Source: Candidatus Omnitrophota bacterium
Lineage (GTDB): Bacteria; Omnitrophota; Gorgyraeia; Gygaellales; Profunditerraquicolaceae
Assembly: GCA_025453445.1 (NCBI GenBank)
Contig: JALOQJ010000012.1
Location: forward strand, 1 to 50,796
Direction: 5' to 3'
DNA: 50,796 nt
Shown one piece after another: positions 10,014 through 18,596 of this stretch. Numbering within the stretch: position 1 is the stretch's first letter; each line of letters begins with the position of its first letter. The notes under the pieces were generated by a model that worked only from the letters and a program-made list of their open reading frames with translations, was not told the origin of the DNA and did not search any database. A program made the position numbers and the translations under genes.

Positions 10014-10453
10014 GATTGCGCATGCAGTAAATCAACCAGCGCCTCAAGGCCTAAAATATAGCTCTGAGGCCCAAAACCCAGTATGGTGCCGCGAGCTACC
10101 GGGCTAATCAGTGATTTATGCCTGAATTTTTCGCGGGCGTAGATATTGGAAAGGTGCACTTCCACTGTTAAAATACCGGAAGCAGAAATAGCATCTCTGA
10201 CAGCAACGCTGGTGTGCGTGTAGGCTGCGGGATTGATCAAAAGAGCATCAAACTTTTTTTTGCCTTTAGTAATCAAATCCACGATTTCGCCTTCGTGGTT
10301 AGATTGTTTTATTGCCAAGCTGACTTTTCTAAGCTTTGCCAGCTTTTTCAGGCTCTGGTTAATCTCATTTAATGTCACTCTGCCATAAACCGCAGGCTCT
10401 CTTGTACCGAGCAAATTGAGATTCGGGCCATGAATAACTAATATTTTCTTCAT
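10010..10453 (-). CDS. aroQ: Type II 3-dehydroquinate dehydratase
   Basis: [31 protein letters not shown] and [11 protein letters not shown] motifs. Confidence 0.97.
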   Translation of the reverse strand: MKKILVIHGPNLNLLGTREPAVYGRVTLNEINQSLKKLAKLRKVSLAIKQSNHEGEIVDLITKGKKKFDALLINPAAYTHTSVAVRDAISASGILTVEVHLSNIYAREKFRHKSLISPVARGTILGFGPQSYILGLEALVDLLHAQS

Positions 10454-10725
10454 TTTTGCCCACCCTGATTTTTAGCGACATACTGCGTGCGCAATTCATA
10501 CAGCATATTCTCCAGTAATTTACTTTCTTCCGGAGTAAGGTTGCCTTTGGTTTTTTCCTGTAGCATCCCCAAAGTATCGATAATGAACTTTGCCTGCGGC
10601 AAATCTTCTTCTTTTTTATCAGTCATCGGATTATTCATTTCGCCTAAGAAAATCGCTGCCTGAATACCCAAAGTAGTGAGAAAAAATTTAAAATCTGCCG
10701 GGGGTGGAATAAATTTTTCTTCCAT
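10450..10725 (-). CDS. DUF1844-like protein
   Basis: [24 protein letters not shown]...LYELR motif. Confidence 0.85.
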   Translation of the reverse strand: MEEKFIPPPADFKFFLTTLGIQAAIFLGEMNNPMTDKKEEDLPQAKFIIDTLGMLQEKTKGNLTPEESKLLENMLYELRTQYVAKNQGGQK

Positions 10726-10729
10726 GAGT

Positions 10730-11554
10730 TTAGTGAATGGTTATTCCGGCATATCCGACAACACTAGAAGTATCGCCGGTAGAATCGCCGGAAGTCTGAT
10801 ATTTGATTAATTCGCCTTTTTTTGCCCCTAATAATTTTGCGCAAACCAGCATCATGCATACCGGAGCATATCCGCACATAGAAATATTTAAGCCATCTAC
10901 TTCTTCTGTCAACCTATCTTCATCCAGCGCTAAAATTGCCTCAATTGCTCTGGTGTCTTTCGTTTTCGCCTGCTCTTCAGGCTCATAATGAGTCATATCA
11001 GAACTGGCAACAATTAACACTGAGGACTGCAAACCTGAACTCTTTACTGCTACGGCAATTGCTTTGCCAGCTTCTTTTAAATCTGCAAGCTTATCAGACA
11101 TTACAGTAACCGGCACAATCTGAAACGATTTTTTAAAATACTGCAATATCGGCAGCTCTACTTCCAGAGAATGTTCATTCAGATGCGCTAGGCTATCTTC
11201 CTCAAAATATTGTTCGCCTGCCTTAAGGATTTCCCGGGCTAAAGCAGTATTAATTGTAACGCTGCCCAAAGGAGTTTCCCACACGCCTTCTGTCTCTATG
11301 CTGAAATCCGATCCATTGCCAGTATGGTTTGGCCCAAGCAAAATTATTGTATCCTTAATATTAATCCGCGAAACAGTTTCCACTGCCACTCTTCCGGAAT
11401 AAATATACCCTGCATGCGGAAGCATACAAGCAATACAATCATCTTTCTTAAGAGAAGGAACAAGAAATTTTTCTATCAACTTGGCAACCTCTCCTGCAGC
11501 AGCAGGATAAAATTGCCCAGAAACAACCGGTTTTCTGATCTTAGATTTTTCCAT
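10730..11554 (-). CDS. amrB: MEMO1 family protein (AmmeMemoRadiSam protein B)
   Basis: RKPVVSGQFYP, PHAGYIYSG, GPNH, EHSLEVELP, SSDMTHY, SMCG and VVGYAG motifs. Confidence 0.92.
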   Translation of the reverse strand: MEKSKIRKPVVSGQFYPAAAGEVAKLIEKFLVPSLKKDDCIACMLPHAGYIYSGRVAVETVSRINIKDTIILLGPNHTGNGSDFSIETEGVWETPLGSVTINTALAREILKAGEQYFEEDSLAHLNEHSLEVELPILQYFKKSFQIVPVTVMSDKLADLKEAGKAIAVAVKSSGLQSSVLIVASSDMTHYEPEEQAKTKDTRAIEAILALDEDRLTEEVDGLNISMCGYAPVCMMLVCAKLLGAKKGELIKYQTSGDSTGDTSSVVGYAGITIH

Positions 11555-12464
11555 GGAAAGCTTTTTCTAAAATTCTTCTGCTTTCGATTAATTCAACTGC
11601 TGTTGCCGGATGATGCGCCTCAATAACTTTTATCGTCTCAGGCTTTAAATATGGCTCAATTTTAGTAAAATCAATTTCCCCGTTGCTGGGCGCCTGATGA
11701 TCCGAACACCCGGAAACATTATGCAGATGAATTCCCAGCATGTCCCGGGCATATGCCTCAAGATAATCTTTATGCTTATTAAACCCCAGGCGTTCCATTA
11801 TCTCGGCATGCCCTACATCATGCCAATAAAAAATACCCGAGCCTTTGAATTTTTTCAGGATAATACCGATTTCCTCAAAAGCAGGGGTTTCACGATAATA
11901 AAAACGGGTTTCTACACCAAGAAATACGCCGGCTTTATCCGCATAAGAAACAAGCTCTTCAAGGCTTTTTAGCGCAGATGTAAAAAATGGTGCGGATGAT
12001 TTTTTTCTTTCCCTGATTGCTTCATCTCTCAGGCGAATAAATTCCGGAGAATCTTTCCTGCCTTCGGAATAAAAATTAATCAACTGCCGGGTAAAATCAG
12101 GGATTTCCACCCTGCCACTGTGCAAAACCACTGCTTTGGCATTCAGCTGAACAGCAGTTTCAATAGTTTTTTTTGTCAGCGCTACTGCCTTTAGCCGCTC
12201 AGCTTCATCCAAAGAAGCTAACGAATAACAATCAGGCAAAGCCAATTCGCGCGCCAAACCATCTGGTATAGGGCAATAATTATGCAGGCTGGAAACTAAT
12301 ATCTGCCTGTTTTTCACAAGCCCGGCAATATCTTTTACCATCTGAGGCGTCAGATTAAAACTAAGCTCTATCTCTTTAAAACCGAGCGCCTCAATTTCAA
12401 AGACCATATCCCTGCCATTAACGTAACGGAAGGCATTCCACGAGGTTGAGAGTGAAAAACCCAT
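11541..12464 (-). CDS. Xylose-isomerase-like TIM-barrel protein (sugar phosphate isomerase/epimerase / AP-endonuclease-2 family)
   Basis: SSLHNYCP, VVLHSG, GVETR, WHDVGH, IHLH and DHQAP metal-binding pattern. Confidence 0.8.
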   Translation of the reverse strand: MGFSLSTSWNAFRYVNGRDMVFEIEALGFKEIELSFNLTPQMVKDIAGLVKNRQILVSSLHNYCPIPDGLARELALPDCYSLASLDEAERLKAVALTKKTIETAVQLNAKAVVLHSGRVEIPDFTRQLINFYSEGRKDSPEFIRLRDEAIRERKKSSAPFFTSALKSLEELVSYADKAGVFLGVETRFYYRETPAFEEIGIILKKFKGSGIFYWHDVGHAEIMERLGFNKHKDYLEAYARDMLGIHLHNVSGCSDHQAPSNGEIDFTKIEPYLKPETIKVIEAHHPATAVELIESRRILEKAFHGKI

Positions 12465-12471
12465 CTGAATT

Positions 12472-12636
12472 TTACTTTCTTCCTCTTCTTGCCTTCTTAC
12501 GCTTACGCTCGCTGGGTTTTTCGTAATGTTTGCGTTCGCGCACTTCCTTCAGAATACCTTCAGCTTCGATCTGCCTTTTAAAACGGCGCAAAGCAGATTC
12601 AAATGGTTCGTCTTTCCTTACTTCAATATGCGACAA
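12472..12636 (-). CDS. rpsU: 30S ribosomal protein S21
   Basis: [11 protein letters not shown]...[10 protein letters not shown]; probable TTG start at 12636, 9 nt after AGGAG. Confidence 0.93.
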   Translation of the reverse strand: MSHIEVRKDEPFESALRRFKRQIEAEGILKEVRERKHYEKPSERKRKKARRGRK

Positions 12637-12668
12637 TATAATCATCTCCTTTCGTAAACAAGTATGGT

Positions 12669-12697
12669 AATATACCACCGATTATCAGAAGTGTCAA
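12669..12697 (-). promoter_or_regulatory. Sigma70-type promoter for the rpsU operon
   Basis: TTGACA (12697-12692), 17-nt spacer, then TGG-TATATT (12674-12669). Confidence 0.7.
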
Positions 12698-12745
12698 TTG
12701 CAAAATACCCCCCTGCCTGCGGGTTAATTTACTTATTCTCGCAGG

Positions 12746-12774
12746 TTGACAAGCTTAAAAAAATATGCTAAATT
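12746..12774 (+). promoter_or_regulatory. Sigma70-type promoter for the diguanylate cyclase
   Basis: TTGACA 12746-12751, 17-nt spacer, extended -10 TGC-TAAATT 12769-12774; ATG 8 nt downstream. Confidence 0.65.
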
Positions 12775-12782
12775 TAGAGCTT

Positions 12783-13946
12783 ATGGAAGAACTGAATAAA
12801 CTTAATCAGGAACTGGAACGCACCAAAACAGAACTGGCGATACTCTATGAAATCTCCAATGCTATGCGCACCACGCTTAAGCTGGATGAGATTTTATACA
12901 TTATCCTTACCGGAGTTACTGCCCATACCGGACTTGGTTTTAACCGGGCAATCCTTTTTCTGATTAATGAAAAAGACGGCTTAATCGAAGGAAAAATGGC
13001 TATTGCTCCGGAAAGCGGCGAAGAAGCAAACCGCGTCTGGAGGCGCATCGAGCAGGAACAGATGGATTTGGAAGACTTAATCAGCGCTTACCAGTTTTCC
13101 AAATCAAGCGTAGAATCCGCTTTTAACCAGCAAATCCGCAGAATGAAAATACCTTTACGCGAACAAAACGGCGGGATGCTCGCTTTAAGCGTTTTAGACG
13201 GTATGCCACTAAACTTAAACCGCGAAGCGATCCTTAAATACAGCAACGACCCGATTATACAATTATTAAAGCCTGAGGAGTTAATTGTTGTACCGCTAAA
13301 AGCTAAAGACAAGGTAAATGGAATTATTCTGGCGGATAATTTTGTCACTAAAAAACCGATTACTAAAGACGATGCCCGAATGCTGATTATGTTGGCTAAC
13401 CAGGCGGGCTTGGCAATAGAAAATTCCCAGCTTTATGAAAAAACCGTGCTGCGCAGCCATTCGGATTACCTCACCGAGCTCTGGAACCACGGACATTTCC
13501 AATACCTTTTTCAGGCGGAACTGGAAAAAGCCAAAGCTACAAAAACCCCGCTTACCCTGATAATGATCGATATTGATGATTTTAAAATTTACAATGACCA
13601 GCTCGGCCATCAGGCAGGAGACCAGATCCTCAGAGAATTAAGCACACTTCTGAAAAAACAGTCGCGCAAAATGGATTTTGTTTGCCGTTACGGCGGAGAA
13701 GAATTCACTATTATTCTGCCGCAGACAGATAAAGACGAGGCATTTGCCATTGCTGAAAGGCTGAGACAGGATATTGCCCGTCAGGTTTTTGCCCACGAAG
13801 AGATTTTACCGAACAAAAAATTAACCGTCAGCTTGGGGCTGGCGGCCTTCCCTGCAGACGGAACAACTACTTCCAGTGTAATCAATCATTCCGACAAAAT
13901 GCTTTATCAGGCAAAAAACAAAGGCAAGAATACTACCTGCCGCTAA
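12783..13946 (+). CDS. GAF-domain diguanylate cyclase
   Basis: N-terminal coiled coil and GAF (LANQAGLAIENSQLY); DIDDFK, RxxD I-site (RKMD) and intact RYGGEEF. The track start at 12765 lies inside the predicted promoter, so ATG 12783 is preferred. Confidence 0.92.
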   Translation: MEELNKLNQELERTKTELAILYEISNAMRTTLKLDEILYIILTGVTAHTGLGFNRAILFLINEKDGLIEGKMAIAPESGEEANRVWRRIEQEQMDLEDLISAYQFSKSSVESAFNQQIRRMKIPLREQNGGMLALSVLDGMPLNLNREAILKYSNDPIIQLLKPEELIVVPLKAKDKVNGIILADNFVTKKPITKDDARMLIMLANQAGLAIENSQLYEKTVLRSHSDYLTELWNHGHFQYLFQAELEKAKATKTPLTLIMIDIDDFKIYNDQLGHQAGDQILRELSTLLKKQSRKMDFVCRYGGEEFTIILPQTDKDEAFAIAERLRQDIARQVFAHEEILPNKKLTVSLGLAAFPADGTTTSSVINHSDKMLYQAKNKGKNTTCR

Positions 13947-16900
13947 ACCGGCTCAGTAACCACCTGATCCGGTTCTTTATCTTTTTCTTTCACCTGCTTA
14001 TTCTGAGCAAGCTTAACTGAAACAATCTTAGAAACCCCGGACTGCTCCATAGTAATACCATACATAACAGTGGCATTGGCAATGGTTTTTTTATTGTGCG
14101 TAATCATGATGAACTGCGAATCCCGGGCAAAATCCTGCAGCATCCTGCCAAAACGATCAACATTAGCCTCATCCAATGCCGCGTCTATTTCGTCTAAAAT
14201 GCAGAACGGCGCGGGCTTGATTTTAAAAATAGCAAAAATCAGTGCGATTGCCGACATAGACTTCTCGCCGCCGGAAAGTAAAAGCACATTCTGTAATTTC
14301 TTTCCCGGAGGCCGGCAGATGATTTCTATGCCTGATTCCAACGGGTCGTTCTCGTCAATCAGGAAGACCTGCGCGTCTCCGCCGTTAAACAAAAGCCGGA
14401 AATAATTACGGAATTCCACCTTTACTTTTTCAAAGGTTTCCAGAAACATCTTTTTGGTGGTACGGTTGATCTTCAGGATCGCTTCATGCAGAGAATCCTT
14501 TGCGGTCACTAAATCGTTCTGCTGCTGGGTAAGAAAATCATAACGCTTCTTCAATTCGTCATATTCTTCAATTGCCACTAGATTCACTGTGCCGTAAGAA
14601 TCGAGTTTTTGTTTTAAGGCATCTATTGCCTGAGCCAATTCATCCTCATTAAGCACCGGCTGCTGAAGCACAGGAGTGGTTTCCGCAGAAGTTTCTGACG
14701 CCTCAAAAATCCCTAAAATATCCAGGTCAATTTTATATGCCTGCAGGATCCTGTCTTTTATGTTCAGGTATTTAAAATCCGCGTCTTTATTCTGCATCTG
14801 TAATTCATATACTTTGCCCTTTATTTCATCAAGCTCTTTTTTATCAGCTTCGATTTTTTCAAATACTCCGCCTGATTCAGACATTCTCAATGTAAATTCA
14901 TCCTGCGCCTGATGCAATAACCCGGAGAGCTTCTGAATATCCTGGCTGGCAGCAGTAATTTTATTCTCTAATTCACTAATCTCAATTTTTAAATTGCTCT
15001 GCCGTTCCTGAGCGTCATTAATCTGAATTTTTAAAGCTGCAAGGCTGGACTGGTCCTGAGTTAAGGTATCTTCCAATATTTTTAAAGTTTGCTCGTCGGA
15101 ACTGATACGTTTATTTAATGCTTCCAGTTCGGTTTTTAACTGAGTAATTACCACCAGTGCCTCTTCTTTAAGTTTATTATTGGCGGTAATATTATTCTGC
15201 TCTGCGCTGATCGAATCTTCGCTGGACTCCTCCTCATTTTCTAAAGCCGATAAATCAGCCTGATGAGCAATAATATCCGTTTCCAACACAGATAATGTGC
15301 TGCTGATTTCAGATAATTCTAAAACCAGCAATTCCTCTTCTGATTTTATCTTATTAAACTGCTCCTCTATGGTAGCAAGATAGGCCCTTTTATTGGCAAG
15401 GGCAATCTCCTGATTGTGCAGATTATCCTGTAAGAGAGATAATTCTTTATTTAATTCTTCAATGTGCGCTTCCTTCATCCGTTTAATAATCTTTAGAGAA
15501 TCGATTTTAAGCTCTAATTCCTGAAGCCGTGCATTGATTTTTTCGCTGTTTAATTCAATCGGCTTTGCCTCACCGGAAAATTTAAACCCACTGGCTTCCT
15601 GACCAACATTATCGCTATTAACCTTAATCACCAAGCCGCTGATTTTTTCCTGCGGCAATTTATCAAGGAAAATCACCGCATTCATTGATTCACCAATGCC
15701 TTCATATTCAGTTTTTAATTTTTCCAGGAATTCCTTCTGCGAGATTAAAGACGAACTTTGCCGCTGTAAATTTTCCATATCAGCATCAAGCGATTTTATT
15801 TCAGTAGATGTATCTTCAAGAGCCTTTTTTATTTCGGAGATCTTTGAATTTAAACCGCTAAAGCTTTCTTCCAAACCAGCTACTTCAGCTGTAATAGCAT
15901 TGAGCGAGGCCTGCTGCTGGGTTTTCTCTTCATTAATTTTTAAATTTTCCAACTCCAGCCTTTTTTTACGCGCAAAGCATATCTGCTGTTTGGAAAGCAA
16001 ATCATTGCAGGCATTCTTGGCATGGGAAATTTTTGTCACAAGCTCCATGATGTTTCTTTTTGCCGCGGCGATTATTTCCAAAGAAGATTTAATTGACGCG
16101 GAAATCTGCGTAAGCTCATTATCTTTGGACTTAAAAAGCAGGGTCTTATCTTCTATATTTTTGCTTAAGCCGGCGTATTCTAGCTTAAATGTATTTAATT
16201 TTTCCTCATCCTGTAAAATCCTTTTTTCCAGATTTTCTGTTTGTGATGCGAGGTAAAGCGCAGAAGTTTCCAGCTCAGCAATTCTTTCTTTATTAAAAGC
16301 AATATGCTGACTATCCCTTAAGCCGATATTCTCCAGATTTAAAATTTCGCTCTTTAACTGCGCAATGTTCTCCTCTGAACTTTTCAATTCATTTTGCCGA
16401 CTGGAAATCCCGTCCTCCTGCAGCTTAATCGCATCTATTAGCTCGGCTTCTTTTGCCTCCAAATCTTTTAAATGCCGGGCAATCCCTTCTCTTTCTTTAA
16501 GCAATTCCTCTTTACGTATAATTGCTAAATTAACTTCTTTTGTTTTGAGCTCTTCGAAAACTTCTTTGTAACGCCGGGCTTTGTTCGCCTGACGCTCTAA
16601 TGAACCGATTTGCCTGCGCACTTCGGTAATAATATCATTCACCCTTAAAAGGTTCTGGTCGGTTTCTTCAAGTTTACGGGTGGCTTCTCTTTTTTGTGAT
16701 TTATATTTGGTGATGCCGGCAGCTTCATCAAAAACAAGGCGGCGGTCTTCCGGGCGGGAACTTAAAACAAGGTCAATTTTCCCCTGCTGGATTAAAGAAT
16801 AGCTCTCCGCGCCAATGCCAGTGCCCATTAAAATATCAAGAATATCTTTCAGGCGCACCTGTGTTTTATTTAAAAGGTATTCGCTTTCACCGGAGCGGAA

Positions 16901-17212
16901 GATCCTGCGGGTAATCGCTACTTCGTGATGATCAACATTAAAAAATTTAGTCTTATTATCAAAAGTAAGCGTAACCTCAGCCATGCTTAGCGGCTCTTTG
17001 GTATCTGTGCCGTTAAAAATTACATCCTGCATATCCGAGCCGCGCAGCGCCTTTACCGACTGCTCGCCTAAAACCCATCTTATCGAATCAAAGATATTAG
17101 ATTTCCCGCAGCCGTTTGGCCCGACGACCGCAGTAATGCCGGGTTCAAAATGCAAAGTTGTCTTTTCAGAGAATGATTTAAAACCCACCAGTTCCAATGT
17201 TTTAAAATACAT
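13943..17212 (-). CDS. smc: Chromosome segregation protein SMC with atypical short hinge
   Basis: Walker A VGPNGCGKSN, Q-loop IQQGKI, long coiled coils, VNLVAIEEY, signature LSGGEK, Walker B/D-loop ILDEIDAALD, and ITHNK. Confidence 0.93.
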   Translation of the reverse strand: MYFKTLELVGFKSFSEKTTLHFEPGITAVVGPNGCGKSNIFDSIRWVLGEQSVKALRGSDMQDVIFNGTDTKEPLSMAEVTLTFDNKTKFFNVDHHEVAITRRIFRSGESEYLLNKTQVRLKDILDILMGTGIGAESYSLIQQGKIDLVLSSRPEDRRLVFDEAAGITKYKSQKREATRKLEETDQNLLRVNDIITEVRRQIGSLERQANKARRYKEVFEELKTKEVNLAIIRKEELLKEREGIARHLKDLEAKEAELIDAIKLQEDGISSRQNELKSSEENIAQLKSEILNLENIGLRDSQHIAFNKERIAELETSALYLASQTENLEKRILQDEEKLNTFKLEYAGLSKNIEDKTLLFKSKDNELTQISASIKSSLEIIAAAKRNIMELVTKISHAKNACNDLLSKQQICFARKKRLELENLKINEEKTQQQASLNAITAEVAGLEESFSGLNSKISEIKKALEDTSTEIKSLDADMENLQRQSSSLISQKEFLEKLKTEYEGIGESMNAVIFLDKLPQEKISGLVIKVNSDNVGQEASGFKFSGEAKPIELNSEKINARLQELELKIDSLKIIKRMKEAHIEELNKELSLLQDNLHNQEIALANKRAYLATIEEQFNKIKSEEELLVLELSEISSTLSVLETDIIAHQADLSALENEEESSEDSISAEQNNITANNKLKEEALVVITQLKTELEALNKRISSDEQTLKILEDTLTQDQSSLAALKIQINDAQERQSNLKIEISELENKITAASQDIQKLSGLLHQAQDEFTLRMSESGGVFEKIEADKKELDEIKGKVYELQMQNKDADFKYLNIKDRILQAYKIDLDILGIFEASETSAETTPVLQQPVLNEDELAQAIDALKQKLDSYGTVNLVAIEEYDELKKRYDFLTQQQNDLVTAKDSLHEAILKINRTTKKMFLETFEKVKVEFRNYFRLLFNGGDAQVFLIDENDPLESGIEIICRPPGKKLQNVLLLSGGEKSMSAIALIFAIFKIKPAPFCILDEIDAALDEANVDRFGRMLQDFARDSQFIMITHNKKTIANATVMYGITMEQSGVSKIVSVKLAQNKQVKEKDKEPDQVVTEPV

Positions 17213-17226
17213 GAGCCGTCTCCTAT

Positions 17227-17403
17227 TTAGCTTTTGCTGGATTTATCAAGCCAGGCATCAATTTTATCTCTTTTAAAACGCCACTGCCCGACGAGCTTCA
17301 CTGCCGGGATTTTGTGGCCCTTCAGCCATTCATAGATCGTGCGGCGGCTGACCTTTAAATAATCCGCCAAATCTTCGATTGTCATCAATCCACTGGTCAC
17401 CAT
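17227..17403 (-). CDS. Excisionase-family (HTH_17) DNA-binding protein
   Basis: LMTIEDLADYLKVSRRTIYEW...IPAVKLVGQWRF...IDAWL. Confidence 0.88.
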   Translation of the reverse strand: MVTSGLMTIEDLADYLKVSRRTIYEWLKGHKIPAVKLVGQWRFKRDKIDAWLDKSSKS

Positions 17404-17410
17404 GCAAAAC

Positions 17411-17439
17411 AGTATAAATAAAAATGGGAAATTTGTCAA
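17411..17439 (-). promoter_or_regulatory. Sigma70-type promoter for HTH-smc
   Basis: TTGACA (17439-17434), 17-nt spacer, TATACT (17416-17411); ATG 7 nt downstream. Confidence 0.72.
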
Positions 17440-17541
17440 GGAAAATCTTTACATTCTTTGACATATACATGCAGAACGTGTTTAAACGATACAAAACACT
17501 GCTTTTAGCTGTTTTTAACTGCAGAAATTACGGAAGGAAAA

Positions 17542-17853
17542 TTACAGGTTTTCTCTCTCCACTCCGAGGACCTCTTTATCCTCGAAGAGAAATACTGTGC
17601 GATTGATCCTGCCCCGGTCAGGTGCGACGATAAAATAATTATCGCTTTCGAATATCCCGGCTACCGGCGCATGGTTGACCTCGAATATATTGCCATCGAG
17701 TTCTTCTCCGACGCAAATATCAGAGGTAATATATTTCTTGATGCGGCTGTTAAAAGTTCGGACGCTGATTTTTTTGATCTTGGTATCCTTCAAGTGCCAG
17801 CCGGTTGTTTCTTCGGCAAACCTCTTAAAGGCCTCCCTCATCTTTTCATCCAT
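17542..17853 (-). CDS. Hypothetical protein (103 aa)
   Basis: ATG 17853 preceded by AAGGAGGG RBS; no family recognised. Confidence 0.65.
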   Translation of the reverse strand: MDEKMREAFKRFAEETTGWHLKDTKIKKISVRTFNSRIKKYITSDICVGEELDGNIFEVNHAPVAGIFESDNYFIVAPDRGRINRTVFLFEDKEVLGVERENL

Positions 17854-17871
17854 CCCGCCCTCCTTTTTTGA

Positions 17872-17911
17872 AAATAAAAAAAGCAACTCTCCGTAGTAGA
17901 AAGTTGCTTTT
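17872..17911 (-). terminator. Intrinsic terminator upstream of the 17542-17853 ORF
   Basis: Minus strand AAAAGCAACTTTCT-ACTAC-GGAGAGTTGCTTTT followed by TTTATTTT; the stem closes fully with G-U pairs only on the minus strand. Confidence 0.75.
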
Positions 17912-17967
17912 AGTTGATCTTTGCGAATCTCTTCAATTTACCACCCCCTGTAATAGGTGATGGCTTA

Positions 17968-17995
17968 ATTATAGTATTACTTGTAATTATTGCAA
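17968..17995 (-). promoter_or_regulatory. Sigma70-type promoter
   Basis: TTGCAA (17995-17990), 16-nt spacer, TATAAT (17973-17968). Confidence 0.55.
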
Positions 17996-18013
17996 GTAAA
18001 AAATACAGATTTT

Positions 18014-18517
18014 TTAGCTATTCAACAAGTAGTAAAAAGTCTCGATTTTTTTCCGGCTTTGCTCGTCAAATTTAATTAATAATTCGAATTCTTGAGAATT
18101 ATTTTTTCGCGGCCAAACCCGGGATATTTTTCCATCAAAGATTATCCCGCTTTTATTATCCGTATTAAACGACCATTGCAAAGTGACTTCGACCTCCGGA
18201 TGTAAAGATTCTTTGGCTATACATAATAATCCCAATGAACTGATATCAATCGTGCGCACAATAATAGTTTTATTTTCATAAGTCAGAGCAACATAGCTTT
18301 CGAACTCAAAGCGCCGGAATTTCCTATTTTCAATGAAGACGTTTTTATCAATTTTAGCGCAGGCAACTTCCCATTGCCTGCCGTATTTGGCAACCCAATC
18401 AATTGCCGCTGTGCCAAAGCCGATTTCATAGCCCGCTTTTTCACTTTCTATCCACTGATGCTTCCTGATTTCCGCAATGGAACGCGGATCCCTCAAATAT
18501 GGATATGACCCTTTCAC
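18014..18517 (-). CDS. PilZ-domain protein with N-terminal DUF4032-like helical domain
   Basis: N-terminal EIRKHQWIESEKAGYEIGFGTAAIDWV; c-di-GMP motifs RxxxR (RKFRR) and DxSxxG (DISSLG); GTG start after GGAGGG. Confidence 0.8.
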   Translation of the reverse strand: MKGSYPYLRDPRSIAEIRKHQWIESEKAGYEIGFGTAAIDWVAKYGRQWEVACAKIDKNVFIENRKFRRFEFESYVALTYENKTIIVRTIDISSLGLLCIAKESLHPEVEVTLQWSFNTDNKSGIIFDGKISRVWPRKNNSQEFELLIKFDEQSRKKIETFYYLLNS

Positions 18518-18541
18518 TCCACCCTCCTTTTTGAAGAGTGA

Positions 18542-18569
18542 ATTATATCAACAATTTATTTAATGTCAA
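18542..18569 (-). promoter_or_regulatory. Consensus sigma70 promoter for the PilZ gene
   Basis: TTGACA (18569-18564), 16-nt spacer, TGA-TATAAT (18547-18542). Confidence 0.75.
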
Positions 18570-18596
18570 GAGCAGCTGTTTTTTGACTAGTTTTTT

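Noticed and set aside
10730-11554. Complete AmmeMemoRadiSam system
   Set aside because: Only the MEMO (B) component is present; the AMMECR1 and radical SAM partners are not in this window.
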